Below, one piece after another: positions 37,101 to 48,750 of a stretch of DNA of 64,000 nt (the stretch's first letter is position 1; every line of letters begins with the position of its first letter). Source of the stretch: Cirrosporium novae-zelandiae (taxonomy: Eukaryota); NCBI GenBank assembly GCA_026023565.1, contig JAPETS010000020.1, positions 124,001 through 188,000 of the forward strand. The letters run 5' to 3'. Made by a program: the position numbers and the translations under genes. The notes under the pieces are model-generated. The model was not told the DNA's origin. It saw only the letters and a list, made by a program, of their open reading frames with translations, and did no database searches.

Positions 37101-39789
37101 ATGGCACCCTCAAAGGAGCTCACTTATGAGAAAAACGAGCGGGTCTTCTGTTTCCACCATGACTTGCTCTATGAGGCCAAGATCTTGGACATAGAACCTG
37201 GAGATCCAAACGATGAAACTAAACCAATAACTTACCAAATCCATTACAAGGGCTGGAAGCATACGTGAGTTCTTTCCTGCTATCCAAGTCCCCAAGATCT
37301 TCGAGCTGCAGTCTATTGTTGTCATCTCTCTATTCTTCCCTTAAGGGAGAAGTGAGGGTTTGATTTGCTATCTTACGTCTGCGTTGTGCTTAGCACCTCG
37401 CTGCTATGTTTGTTTGAGTAGCAGCCTTTGAAATAGGTTGACTCTATATTACTTTTGAAGAGCATGATGTCTTGTATCCTCTGCTACTTACTTCTAATCT
37501 CTAGCTCTTTGTGCGTTTCAAAGTTGAGTTGTATTTTTCGGTGTTGAGTTTTGCATCACATGTCCACCTCTCTTGAGGTGATCTGTCCGGAGCAACACAA
37601 CACAAGCCTTCCATGCGTTCACTAGGAGCATCAGTATTGCATCCTCTTCTGTGGAAACAAATTCTGAGCTCTCTGTTGATTTTTGCTGTTCGTCCTTCTC
37701 ATGCATGAGATTTACCAAGTGTGATTTGTGTTGTTTACCAGTTACGCGTGGCGATACTAGCATATGTTACTTATTACATCCTTTCACATTTAATACTCCG
37801 ATGACGGCTTGGAGCTTGCCTCATTGCCTGTATATTTGCTAACGTGATATGCACTCTAGGTGGGACGATCATGTTCCAGTAGAGCGTCTTCGAAAGTTTA
37901 CCGACGAACACCGAGACCTTGCCAATACCCTGCGCAAGCAGAAGCTCGAAGATCAAGCTCGCGAACAAGCGGCTGCTTCGTCCAAGAAGAAACGCCCAAC
38001 CGCCACCGCGGCTTCCGACTTTAGTTCTCAGCGCGGATCCGAAGATTCCCCCGCACCCACAGGAAGGAGAAGAGCTGCAGCTGCTCAGAAGGACTATGAA
38101 ATTGAAAAGGTTGGTTCGACAACACAATCCACCCCAAATTCCCCATCTTCCCAGCGTTCATCTCCCGGAACGGCCATTCACCCCGAAGGACTGGAGGATT
38201 CCTCGTTTGCAAATCCTTTTCTATATTCCGGACCAGAGGATCATCAAGAAGACAACCAAGTGCCAGAACCATCAGAGCCCGCACAGTCAGAACCTCTCCA
38301 GAAGACCAAGAAAGGAGCAAGTACTATAAGATCGAGCTACAATCTCCGCGCGCGAAAACGCCCAGCTCTGGAGTCGGCGGTCTTAGAGGAAAAGCCAACA
38401 AAGCGTCGCAAGTGCGGCGGCAAAGAAGCCTCCAAACCAACTACAGCGACACTGATCACAAGGGTGACTCGATCACAGTCCGTAGCACTAGCCGAGAAAT
38501 CCACCACAGCACCTCAACGTAGAGTTCGAAAGACTCGTGCTCCCAACACTCAACAGCCAACCACAAGAGTGACAAGATCCCAATCGGCAGCACCAGAGAA
38601 ATCTTTAAAGAGAGAAGCGCCTCCAAATGGAGGAGTGCACGAGCCTTTAAAAAAAAGACTAAAGACGCAAGTTAAAGACAAGCTACAGTCGATCTCTAAA
38701 GATCAGATGGATCATGATGGTCAACGTACTGAGGATGCTCTCGCCCATAAAATGGAGGTCAATAAGGCAGAAGAAAATATGCCTATTCAGAACGAGCCCC
38801 CTGTTTTGGTTCAGCCAGCACCTACTGCTGAGGATAAAATCATGGTTGACGAAGCATGTCTTCCTGTTGCAGAAGAGCATACACAAGCGCGTTCTCGAAA
38901 ACACCAGTCCAGTGGTAAAGGTAAAGGCGGGACCACCAGATCCAATACGCAACGTCGAGGAACCAGAACTAACCCAAACCCTGGAGATGAACAACCCGGA
39001 CCATCGTTCCCTAACATTGAACCCAAACCCACTTCAAAAGCTAAAAAGACCCAAAAGTTGAATGTCAATAATAACGCACCCTTGCAGGAATCGAACTTCG
39101 TCTCGCGCCCGTCCGTGATGCTTCCCATGTCAGATACCCTAAAATCGCTTGCCGTCGATGATTGGGAAGCCATCACGAAGACCCTTGCCCTTGTGCCCCT
39201 TCCCTCAAAGAATCCCGTAAACAAAATCATGGATGATTATTACGCCGACCAGAAGACAAAGCGACGTGAAGGAAGCGCAGATATGGATCTGCTTGAAGAG
39301 TGTGTTGCTGGAATGAAGGAGTACTTTCACAAGACATTGGGCAAGATCTTGTTGTATCGTTTTGAAAGGGATCAATACTTTGAGATGAGCAGGCTGTGGA
39401 CTAACAACCCTGATGGCGTTGTTGACGAAGTGACCGGTGAGATTAAAAAGTATGAAGGACCTGGTGACGTTTATGGTCCTGAACATCTCTTGCGTCTATT
39501 CGGTAGGTTAATTCCTTGTTTTCTTCAGCTTCTCACGATTTCCTCATAATCTCCCACAATCCCCTCTCATGATTACAAATGTACTAACTACAGCCCTTCT
39601 ATAGCTTCTATGCCGGAGCTCATTGCCCAAACGACTATGGATGCCCAGTCTGTTGTCCGCCTCCGCGAAGAAATGACCAAGATGCTTAACTGGCTTGGTC
39701 GTCACGTCTCTGACTACTTTGTCGACAACTATATCCCCGCCAGCGTCGACTACATCGCCAAGGCAAGAGGTGTTGGGGCTCCTCAGTGA
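37101..39789 (+). CDS. EAF3: Chromatin factor Eaf3/MRG15 (chromo-barrel + MRG domain)
   Basis: Exons 37101-37264, 37860-38109, 39088-39502, 39605-39789 (337 aa). Motifs [43 protein letters not shown] and MPELIAQT. Intron 38110-39087 is in frame and stop-free. Confidence 0.93.
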
Positions 39790-41420
39790 AAGAACACACA
39801 AATACGAATATGCGAGGAGACGGGGAGAATATCTGGTGAAGAGTGAGAGGTTATTGGCACTGGTACTGGTTGGAGATATTATGGTACCCTTTAATAAAAA
39901 GTCCAGTCAGTTTGGATTGTACGCAAGGCTGATTGATTGGCTATGATATGGTGTATGGGCCTCTGGGCACGATGTTTCCTACCACCCTTTTTTTCTTTCA
40001 GGTGCTTTGCACCCCCACAAATCAAGACATGGTTGTTGGTTATCACATCATCATGCTTACTTGAACGTGCACGAAGAGGTTGCGTTCTTGGTTGGTTCAG
40101 TACTCATATCCTTTAAAAGACATCTTGTCTATTGATAGAGGAGCCTTCGATACCAAAGATACCAAAAGTGTTTAAAGCAAGCGAGTCGTTTTATGCTTTC
40201 GTACTATTCTCTTTTCAATTCAGTTTATTAGTCTTTTAGTCTTCTAATCCTTTAAGTCCTTCATGCGTGCGTGCGTGCAAGCGAGCAAGCGGGCGAGTTA
40301 AAAATTTAGTGGAGGGATCTTCAATATCCCGTTTCTACCGCTCTAATTGGAGACGAAGAGAATAGGCCTAATGCCATTCTAAGTTCTGTTCTGCTCTGTT
40401 CTTTAAATCGATTTCAAGCGTTCTAATACCTACTTCCCTTTCTTCACTTCTACTCCATCCATCAAAAGTCATGTACATGCAAATGCAACCCGTCCTTCCT
40501 CTACTCAACCACACGGACTTTTTTCCTAAACACCCACACTTCATCTTTGGATCCAGGGGACCCTTGTAAAAAAAAGCGAGCCTTTTTTTCGCTTGGGATC
40601 TTTTGTTTCTGGGGGTGCTGTCTGGGTGGTTAAACAACTCAAAAAAGCTCCAAGGACACACACATACATGCATTCTTGCTCTCCTCACACCTCATGTACA
40701 CGACTCCTACACTGATGGCTTGGATGACCCCTTCTCCTTTCTCCTCCCCCTCCTTCCTCAACCTCCTTCATCAGATCCCCTTGGATCTCCAAAGACTTCT
40801 AGCTTGAAGGTACACCATAGGGTAAAAGGGCAAAAAACAAAAAACAAAAGCGACGGCGGCGGGTTAGGGGGGAGTGAATCCCTAAGATTGGTGTATAGGC
40901 GAGAATACGAGAATAAATCCTTCTTCAAGCCCTCGGGACTAAGTTCCCTTGAGGATGTAGTCGTTGAAGGGTAGTTTCCTGGCATCTCTCGTTTATACAT
41001 ACGGTCTGGGTATTCACCCCCCACTCCTCCTCCTCCATCTTTTTTTAAAAGGCTTCCTAACTTACTCCTGTCGTCCTCGGCTCTTCGTTTTAGATTTTCT
41101 AACTTATTTTCTTTTGAAAGAGAGAGAGAGAGAGAAATATCAGGGATAAAAGGGACTTGGGTTTTTTTCTTGTGAATTTTTTAGACTTTTTTTCTTCTTC
41201 TTTTCATGTTCATTCATTACCAAAAAAGAAAAGAAAAAAGAAAAAAGAAAAGAAAAGCACCCTTAATAGTCCCATCCGGTATGAATTTTTTTTTTCATTA
41301 GCTTAGGATGATGGATGAAATTTACGTGCTTTCATTTCTTTTTTTTAAAAAAATAGATACGTTCGACCAAAAACATTATGAAAATTTATTAAAACCTTGA
41401 ATGTTCGTGCTCTTTCTCTC

Positions 41421-41462
<42 letters not shown>
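41421..41462. repeat. (TAG)14 microsatellite
   Basis: Perfect trinucleotide run read directly. Confidence 0.95.
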
Positions 41463-41464
<2 letters not shown>

Positions 41465-41819
41465 ATACCTAGAGACTTGGGGAGATTGGTTTGGCTAACC
41501 TACCATCATTAGCATCATTATCATCATCGTCGCCATCAGCAGCTGTAGTAGTATTAGTATCATCGCCAAGGAGAAGAGAGCTAGGATTCTTCGTCTTCTT
41601 AGGAAGGGTTTGTTCTGACATTCATTTAATCGTGGCTTATGATTATGATCGTGAGTGTAGATGTAAGTGTGAGTGTATTTAAGGAGGAGGAGGAGGAAGA
41701 AGAAGAAGAAGAAAGGGAATGATTACGGTCCATTCTATCTACCTACCTCCCTATCTATCCTCCCTTCTATCCCACTTTCCCCTCCCCCCCACCCCGACCC
41801 ATCCCATCAAACCCCCCAA

Positions 41820-43524
41820 CTAATCAAACCTAACCCCCTTCCTCAACCTCCCCACATCCTCCTTAACAATCTCAATCTCCCTTTTCAACCCCACATACCT
41901 CTCCACAATCTGAACCATTTCCCCCTTATCCCCTCTCCTCCCCCCACCTCTACTCACCCTCCCACTCCCACTATCCCAATCCTCCTCTTCTACCTCCAAC
42001 CTACTTCCCCCATTACTATCCTTCTCATTGTTATTGTTTGGTTGGGTTGTTGTTGTTGTGCCAGTGTAGCCAGCAAGAGCGGTTTTGGCAACATGTTCGC
42101 GGTCTTCTAGGAGGCGGTAGTGGTGGAGGAGGTGGCGGGCGTAGGAGCGGAGGGCAGAGAGAGTTGAGGGGGTGTAGAGGTTGGTTGTTGTGGTTTGCAT
42201 TGTTGTTCTGGAGGGGGTTAGCCTGGGTTTGGGGAGTTTGGGAGGGGGGTGGTGGATAGGTAGGTAGATGGACAGATAGACAGATAATCTCCCCACCTCA
42301 CCCAAACAACCTAAAAAAAAAGATAGAAATACATACTTCACCCCCACCACCAAAACCTCACTCCTCCTCTCCACCCAGGCCAACCTAGCCCTCAACCCCC
42401 TGGCCCTGGTCCCAAGAACCTCCCTCTCCAATAACTCCACGCTCTTTTCCAGAACCTTCGCCTGCGTCTGCAACACCGTCGATGCTTTCATAATCGTTTT
42501 TAATTCTACCTCTTGCTCTTCCCCATCCCCGTTCGTAGGGGAAGTGGAGAGAGGTAACTCCCGCCCCCGGGGGGCAATCGCCTGTAGGGAAATTAATTGC
42601 TTGATTAGGAGTTCGGAAACTGCGTTTGAGAGTTGCGGGAGGGAGGTTAGGAGAGTGTCGAGGAGAGGGAGGAGGGTTGGGTTTGTGAGGTGGGTGGGTT
42701 TGGTTAGGAGTGCAGGGAGGAGGGTTGTCGTTTCTCGGAACTGGATGAAGAGTTAGTGGATGGGTAGATGGGGGAGATGGGGAGATTGTTTATATTATAT
42801 ATATACATACCTCATCACTTATGGTATTATCGGGAGAAGATTTCGAGAAGATATCGTCTGCTGCGCCATCGCCGATGAGAACGAGGGTTTGGAGGATGAT
42901 TTTTCGCTTGTAGACGAGGAGGCGAGTTTTTTGGAGGCTCTTGTTTTGGGAGGGGTTAGTGGTTTAGTATTTTTGGTTGGGTGATGCTGTTAAATAGAGA
43001 GAGAGGGTGGAATGTGTAATGGTTGTAGATATACAAAATGACATGGATGGGTTTTTGTAGGAAATGGAGGATGGGAGGTTGAGATATGAATATAAACAGA
43101 GAATAGATAAAACATATTAGGTGTGTGTGTATGCAGTCCTCCAGACATCATCAAGAACAGTTGGGGTCGGAGTTGAAGCTCATCTGCATGAATGAGGAGA
43201 GGATATCTTCATATCACAGATCACAGCCCAGGCAGTTAAATCTCTCTTCGACTCCCATCCACAGACAGTGTTTTTGATTCCTGATTCTAGATCCCTAATT
43301 CCTCATTCATTCATTTACTCTTTTCCATCTGCATCCAACACTGAACCCTTCTAAATAAAAAACAAAAAAAAACTCACCTCCCTTAGCTCCTTAATCATCT
43401 TCTCATCTTTCCCACTTCTTCTAGTAGATCCATCGGCATTGAGTCCATCTTCGGTGATTTTTTTGTACAGGTTTGCGAATCGGGGGTTTGATGTCAAGGT
43501 TGAAGGTGGGATTGGGGGAAGCAT
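41820..43524 (-). CDS. Augmin complex subunit HAUS4-like protein
   Basis: Exons 43524-43378, 42939-42811, 42740-42337, 42207-41820 join in frame. N-terminal 'PP...NPRFANL..GLNADGST' and C-terminal 'YTPSTLSALR...LAGY...VERYVGLKREIE' resemble HAUS4 termini (recalled similarity, not searched). Confidence 0.65.
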
Positions 43525-44366
43525 GATTCTTTTTTCTCTTTAATTTTTTTATATTCCTGGTTGTTTTTTTCTCTTTTATTTTTTTATTTTTGCTTGTATA
43601 GATTAATTGTATGATGGACTTTGATAAGGGGATGGCTGGCGAAAGGGTGGTGGCTATAGAAATGTTTGATTTGTTGGTGCTTGATTGGTGATTGGCTCAA
43701 GTTGTTAGCCTAGTTCTACATGAGCTTCGCATTTACATTTTGCCAAATTCATCATCTGCAAGCCTTTGGCATTGGGAGTCTCATTTGAAAAGATTTCATA
43801 GTTTCAAAATATCTATAGCAAAATAAATCGATAGATATCGATATATGTATTGTGAGGAATATAGACGGAATAAATCCATCTAACTAATAAGTTATAAGTT
43901 ATAAGTTACTCATAACTCAAAAACTTCCACACCCGTCTCCTCCAATTCCTGCCTATACAGTCCAATTACCCATCCATCAATCAGCAGAATCCCACCCTAT
44001 CCCACTTTTCTTCTCTAGGGGATATCAACGCTGTATACCACCCCAACTCTTCTTTGTCATCATAGAATTGGCCCAGTACCCCTCTCCCCCACCACTACCA
44101 TACCTTCATCCAGCGGATATCCATATCCATCCATCCATCCCTTCCTTCCATCCTTCCAGCGCCATGCTCCAGCTCCAACGAGAAGTTCCGGTGCAAAAAA
44201 AAAAAAAAAGAAAAAAAACTAACCATACGTAATAACTGGGGTATATACAACGATTCATGATGAATATAGCATAGCTGTGGAGTATAATCAATATAGGGTA
44301 TATGTATCTCTGTCCACGTTGTCCAAAATCCTTGTGATATTGCGACTGTAAAGGCCGTCAAGGCGT

Positions 44367-47300
44367 TCAGGTCCTAAGCCAGGCAAACTTTCTGAGATTG
44401 CCACCACTACCGGCACTGCCGGCAGGCTCAAGGGCGACTGATTTGTCGTAGAGTTCTTGGTCGATGCCCATGAGACCCTGTAAACCATTAGATTCTATTC
44501 CTCATGCAGGGAGAAAGACTTACATCATCTTCTTTGGCCAGCTTTGTATCCAGTACAATCCGTTGCAAGTCCTCATTTCTAGTCAGATTTGTATATGGTG
44601 TACCCTGGCTCTTCTGAATGCCGATGATAATTTCTCCTAGTACCTCAAACTTCTTCCAGTTTATGCGATCCCCCTTGTCCCCAATAAAGGTGCGGTTACC
44701 TTCTTCTGTGGAGACCAGATCTCGTCTAACCAAGGGAAGGTAGGGAATGCGTTCCTTGGATGTATTTTGCCATGCTAGCCGATAGGTAGCATGCGAGCTT
44801 TTGCTACTCATCAGAATCTCGAGACGCTGAAACTCTCGGGCTATTTGAGGTTCGACGAGTTCTCGAGTTTGACCGAGACGCAGGATTGGCGTGCTGTCGA
44901 TTCCAGCTATCACGGCTGCCAGCGAGTTGTAGTTATTTTGTTGTCGTAATTTCTAAAAACTCAAGTCAGTACGAGCATCTCAACAGCCATGTGCTGACCT
45001 ACCCAGGCAACACGCATAAACTTCTCCAGTGTACGGGCGCGATGTTTTGGTTTTTCGCGCATTAGTATCAAGCTGGCGACCCAGTATGCAACGTGGTTGA
45101 ACTGATCCGCCATCCGCTTCACATTGGTCAAATTTTTGCATTTTTCTTTCTGGTCAAATCTGAGACTATCATATCTTATGAGATCTCGAGGTCGAATGGA
45201 AGAAAAAAGGACCCAGTCAATCCTGGTCAGCTGTACTGCAAAATCATTCTCGCTTGCCTCCATGAATGTATGCCATTGCATTTTTGTCATCGAGTACCGT
45301 GGAATGGGTGTTAGCCTCTCGGCTTCCCGTTGCGCTCTTTCGGCATTCTTCAGATTGGTCTGGAGAGAACTTGAACCGGTTGATGCACTTTCGGACACTA
45401 TCGATTTCATTGAGGTCGATGCGGATGGTGTTATCGAAGTTCGCTTCGTGGATGTGGTATACTCTGTCTTGCTGGATTTTCTACTTGCATCCTTCAACTC
45501 TTCTGCAGACGAGCTGGGGTTGAGATTCGAGGTGGAACTCTCTTTGGAAGAGGAGGCAATGCTTAAAAAGCTCTCCATCTTATCATTGTTGCCCAAATCT
45601 TTGTCGTTGCACGCCCAATTGGTGTCATCATCTTCGACGACGGTAGGAAGACATGCATTCATCTCCGCCGCTGCGGCAGCAAATAATCGATGCTTTTCAA
45701 GTTTCATGATGAAATCAACCAGTCTCTGACGAGTGGGAGGAAATGCGAAATCTCCAGGATATTCCGAAAGCCATTGGGCAAGAACTTTCAGTTGTCTTAG
45801 TTGTGCGCCAAGACGTTCCAGCTGTGGACCAGCATCCTTATCGGATTTTTCGAATCGGGAAAGAATGCCTTCGAGTAATTCCGAGGGTGCGGCAAATTTC
45901 CGATAGAAGCAGAAGAATATTGCGATAAACTTGTAGTCATTTTTGGACAACTGAATACTAAGTAGTTTGTCCACCAGACCATCAAAACTGTAGCCGACCT
46001 CGCTGATCGAAGCCCGAGAGTCATGAAATGTATGGTGTTCGGTTGATGATCCCTTAGGGCGGGAAACATCATTCGGAGAAACCTGGGTTTCCTTGTGGCC
46101 CTTGTCATCTTCAGACTCTACGCCTGAAGTCAACTCCGACTCCTCATCCATATTCAAAAATGTCGTATTTAAACCTCCTATTGACAGATGCTGTAGGTTA
46201 ATCGGAACCCCCGAGCCTGTCGGTGGTTCATCGGATCTTCCACGTGGCGGTCGAGATAAGGATCTACTCCGCGGAGATGCTGCTGGCCGATGGGTGGAAG
46301 ATGATCTTGGGGGTGGAGAGAAACCGGTTGGTGTAGCAGGAGGGGTTTGTCGTTTGTGGGAATAATTGGTGTATCGTGGACCTCTTAGAGTGGCGGAATC
46401 GGTGCTATCATGTTTTCGCGATGATTTGGAACTACTGGACACGGATCCTTTTCGATTTCGATAGGTAGGACTCGAGGTTTCTGAAGCAGTGCGACCGTGA
46501 TGGGTCTGACCAGCAGGAGGCTGTCGCACCTGCGAAGAGGTGTATGGGTCCGAAGTTTCAGGGCGGTGTCGATGCGCTGAGGCTGATCTGGTGTGTTCTG
46601 TTCGTCCTGGTGATTAATTAGCGATTTAATTCACGGCGCTTTCCTAGAAGCACGGCGTACATCAATTGAACTCCGACAATTACATTGTGAATTGAACCAG
46701 AATTTTCATTGTGCAGTGGGCGTTAAAAAGATTGGGGGAGGACTGGGGACCAGGATGTAGGAAAGAATTAAGAGGAACAGGCGGAGTTTAATGACAAATG
46801 TGGAAAAGTCGGGCAAGGATGGCCCCAACATGGTGATTTTGGGCTTGCAACCAAATTACCAAACAAAACTTACCGGGCCCTCTAGACATGATTAGTCTGA
46901 GAATTATGGAAATGCATCGCTTTTGACTCTCCGGAACGTTTCCGGACGTTTGGCAATTATCAACGCCAGGAAAAGTAGCACATATTTCCTCGACCATCCT
47001 GGTATCGACCTGCCGAGCCTTGGGGGGATTGTCACATTTGCATGAGACCAAAATAAAAGGCAAGGAACTCCTGTAAAGGATATCTGTTTCCACGTTAGCT
47101 AATTTATTTTCCGTCATTGGGATGCGTCTCCGATATCCTTCCGCGTGTTCAGATCACCAGAAAGCCCGACCAAGATTACCCACGTGCGACACAGTTACCA
47201 AGGGATTGATGGGAGATTGCGACATACCCAAATGATCGTAGAGACTTGATAGACTTATCCGGTTTGTGACATCGTAGAGCACCAACGCTCCATCAAAGTC

Positions 47301-47973
47301 TGGCAAGACCCTATCGCCCAAGGTCCGAGGCCATTTCAATTTCTTATGCGACACGATCAGTCGTTCCAATGGCAGTTCCACCAAATTGACGCGATAGACC
47401 ACACCGTCCAAGGACATTTTCTTCGACACAAAAGGGCTAAAATTTAAATTTCGAAGATCCAAGGATCGCTGGATGAATGTTGATTTGCCAACACCTAGCC
47501 CACCGATCACGGCTAGATCGACTTGGGGTAACGCTGCGTGTCCATCGGCCTAGGAAGAAGCAAGTCAGCGCTAAATCTATTTGGGAGCAGGAATTATTTT
47601 AGATTTGATGTGCGCAAAGAGCATATCCAAGGGGTAAATGCTGCGTAGGACGTACATGTCGGCTCATACGATCATCCACTTTGGGTCGTGATGTATGGGA
47701 CTTGACTTCATCTGCCAATTGTGTCGCTTGAAGGGAATGGTATGGACGAAAGAAGGGGTCATCTCGAATGGAAAGCTTGGAATCACGGTCGGCGCCATGT
47801 CGAGTTTCCGAAGTTGTTGATTCGCGCTGGTGCTTTCGCGGGGGTGATATTGGTGAAGAATTCATTCGATCTTGTAGTGGAGAGTGAGTCTGGAGGGTCA
47901 ACAGTGGAGGGGCGGTTGTAGAGGGTCGACGCTCTCCACGGGGCTTGGCCTTCTGTGAAGGTCGACGCTCCAT
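44367..47973 (-). CDS. Ras guanine-nucleotide exchange factor with an N-terminal Ras-like P-loop domain
   Basis: Six exons (47973-47656, 47549-47228, 47083-46874, 46606-45003, 44952-44524, 44477-44367). GGLGVGKST, LVLYDVT, CKCD; REM domain (FFCFYRKFAAPSELL, WLSEYPGDF); CDC25 domain (FNHVAYWV, NNYNSL, IPYLP, INWKKF). Confidence 0.9.
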
Positions 47974-48616
47974 GAGGTCTCGTTTGGTTGAGGATGAGAG
48001 ATTGTTGAAGTTGCGTTTGTGGGCTTCATTCGTAGGTTGAATAGAAAATCGAGAGCGAATGTAAGGCACTATGGCAAGGTACTAAAAAAGAACCGGGAAG
48101 CTGGGTGGTAAGCGTAATGCCGGTGCTGTTGGATGACGTCGAGTCTGAGCATAAAGATTGAAGTTGGTGATGCAGGGCTCGACCAATGATCTCATGAGTG
48201 GGAATATATTATGAAGATTGATACATTATATAGTTGATTATAGTAACGAAAGAACAAGGTGAAGACAGAGAAATCAAGTAAAGCTCATGAGTGTATCGTC
48301 GAGGGGGGGGGTTTGGTGGGGAGGTTTGAATGAGTAGAATGGCTTAACATTACTATGGATTCTAGAATTTGGGGGGGGGGGGGAATTTGTTGTAAGATTC
48401 TTAAGATTTCCAATGGGAAATGGAATATTAGAGAGGGGAGCCTCAGGCAATTGTGAACAGTTCAGGCATCTATCCTAGTACCTTTAGTTACATCTGCAGG
48501 GGAAAATGCATGAGCCCATCCGCCATCCAGGATCTGAGCAAATCCGAGCTTAGAAGACCTTTAACTGATGCGTAATTGGCGTCTTGGCAAACACGCTTTA
48601 CTCGAACTTCCTTAGG

Positions 48617-48750
48617 GTACCCCCCCAAGTTTACCCCCCGTACCTCCCGTACCTTCCCGTACCTCCCCCCGTACCCCCCCCCCTCCCCTCCAAGGGCCCT
48701 CGAGCCCTCAAGAAGCCCTCAAAGGACCCTCAAAAGGACCCTCAAAAGCT
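48617..48750. repeat. Degenerate C-rich tandem repeats (GTAC-Cn units, then AAG(G)ACCCTC-type units)
   Basis: About five GTAC/TTAC+C-run units followed by about five xCCCTC(AA) units, upstream of the RasGEF gene. Confidence 0.75.

Noticed and set aside
37265..37859. Long (595 nt) EAF3 intron 1 as a snoRNA host or poison-exon carrier
   Set aside because: No convincing C/D or H/ACA box pair; an internal CTAAT...CTAG acceptor at about 37504 lacks a consensus partner donor.
42208..42336. HAUS4 intron 3 is also 3n (129 nt) and stop-free
   Set aside because: Strong GTATGT donor and CTAAC branch with low-complexity content; an open frame of this length is plausibly chance.
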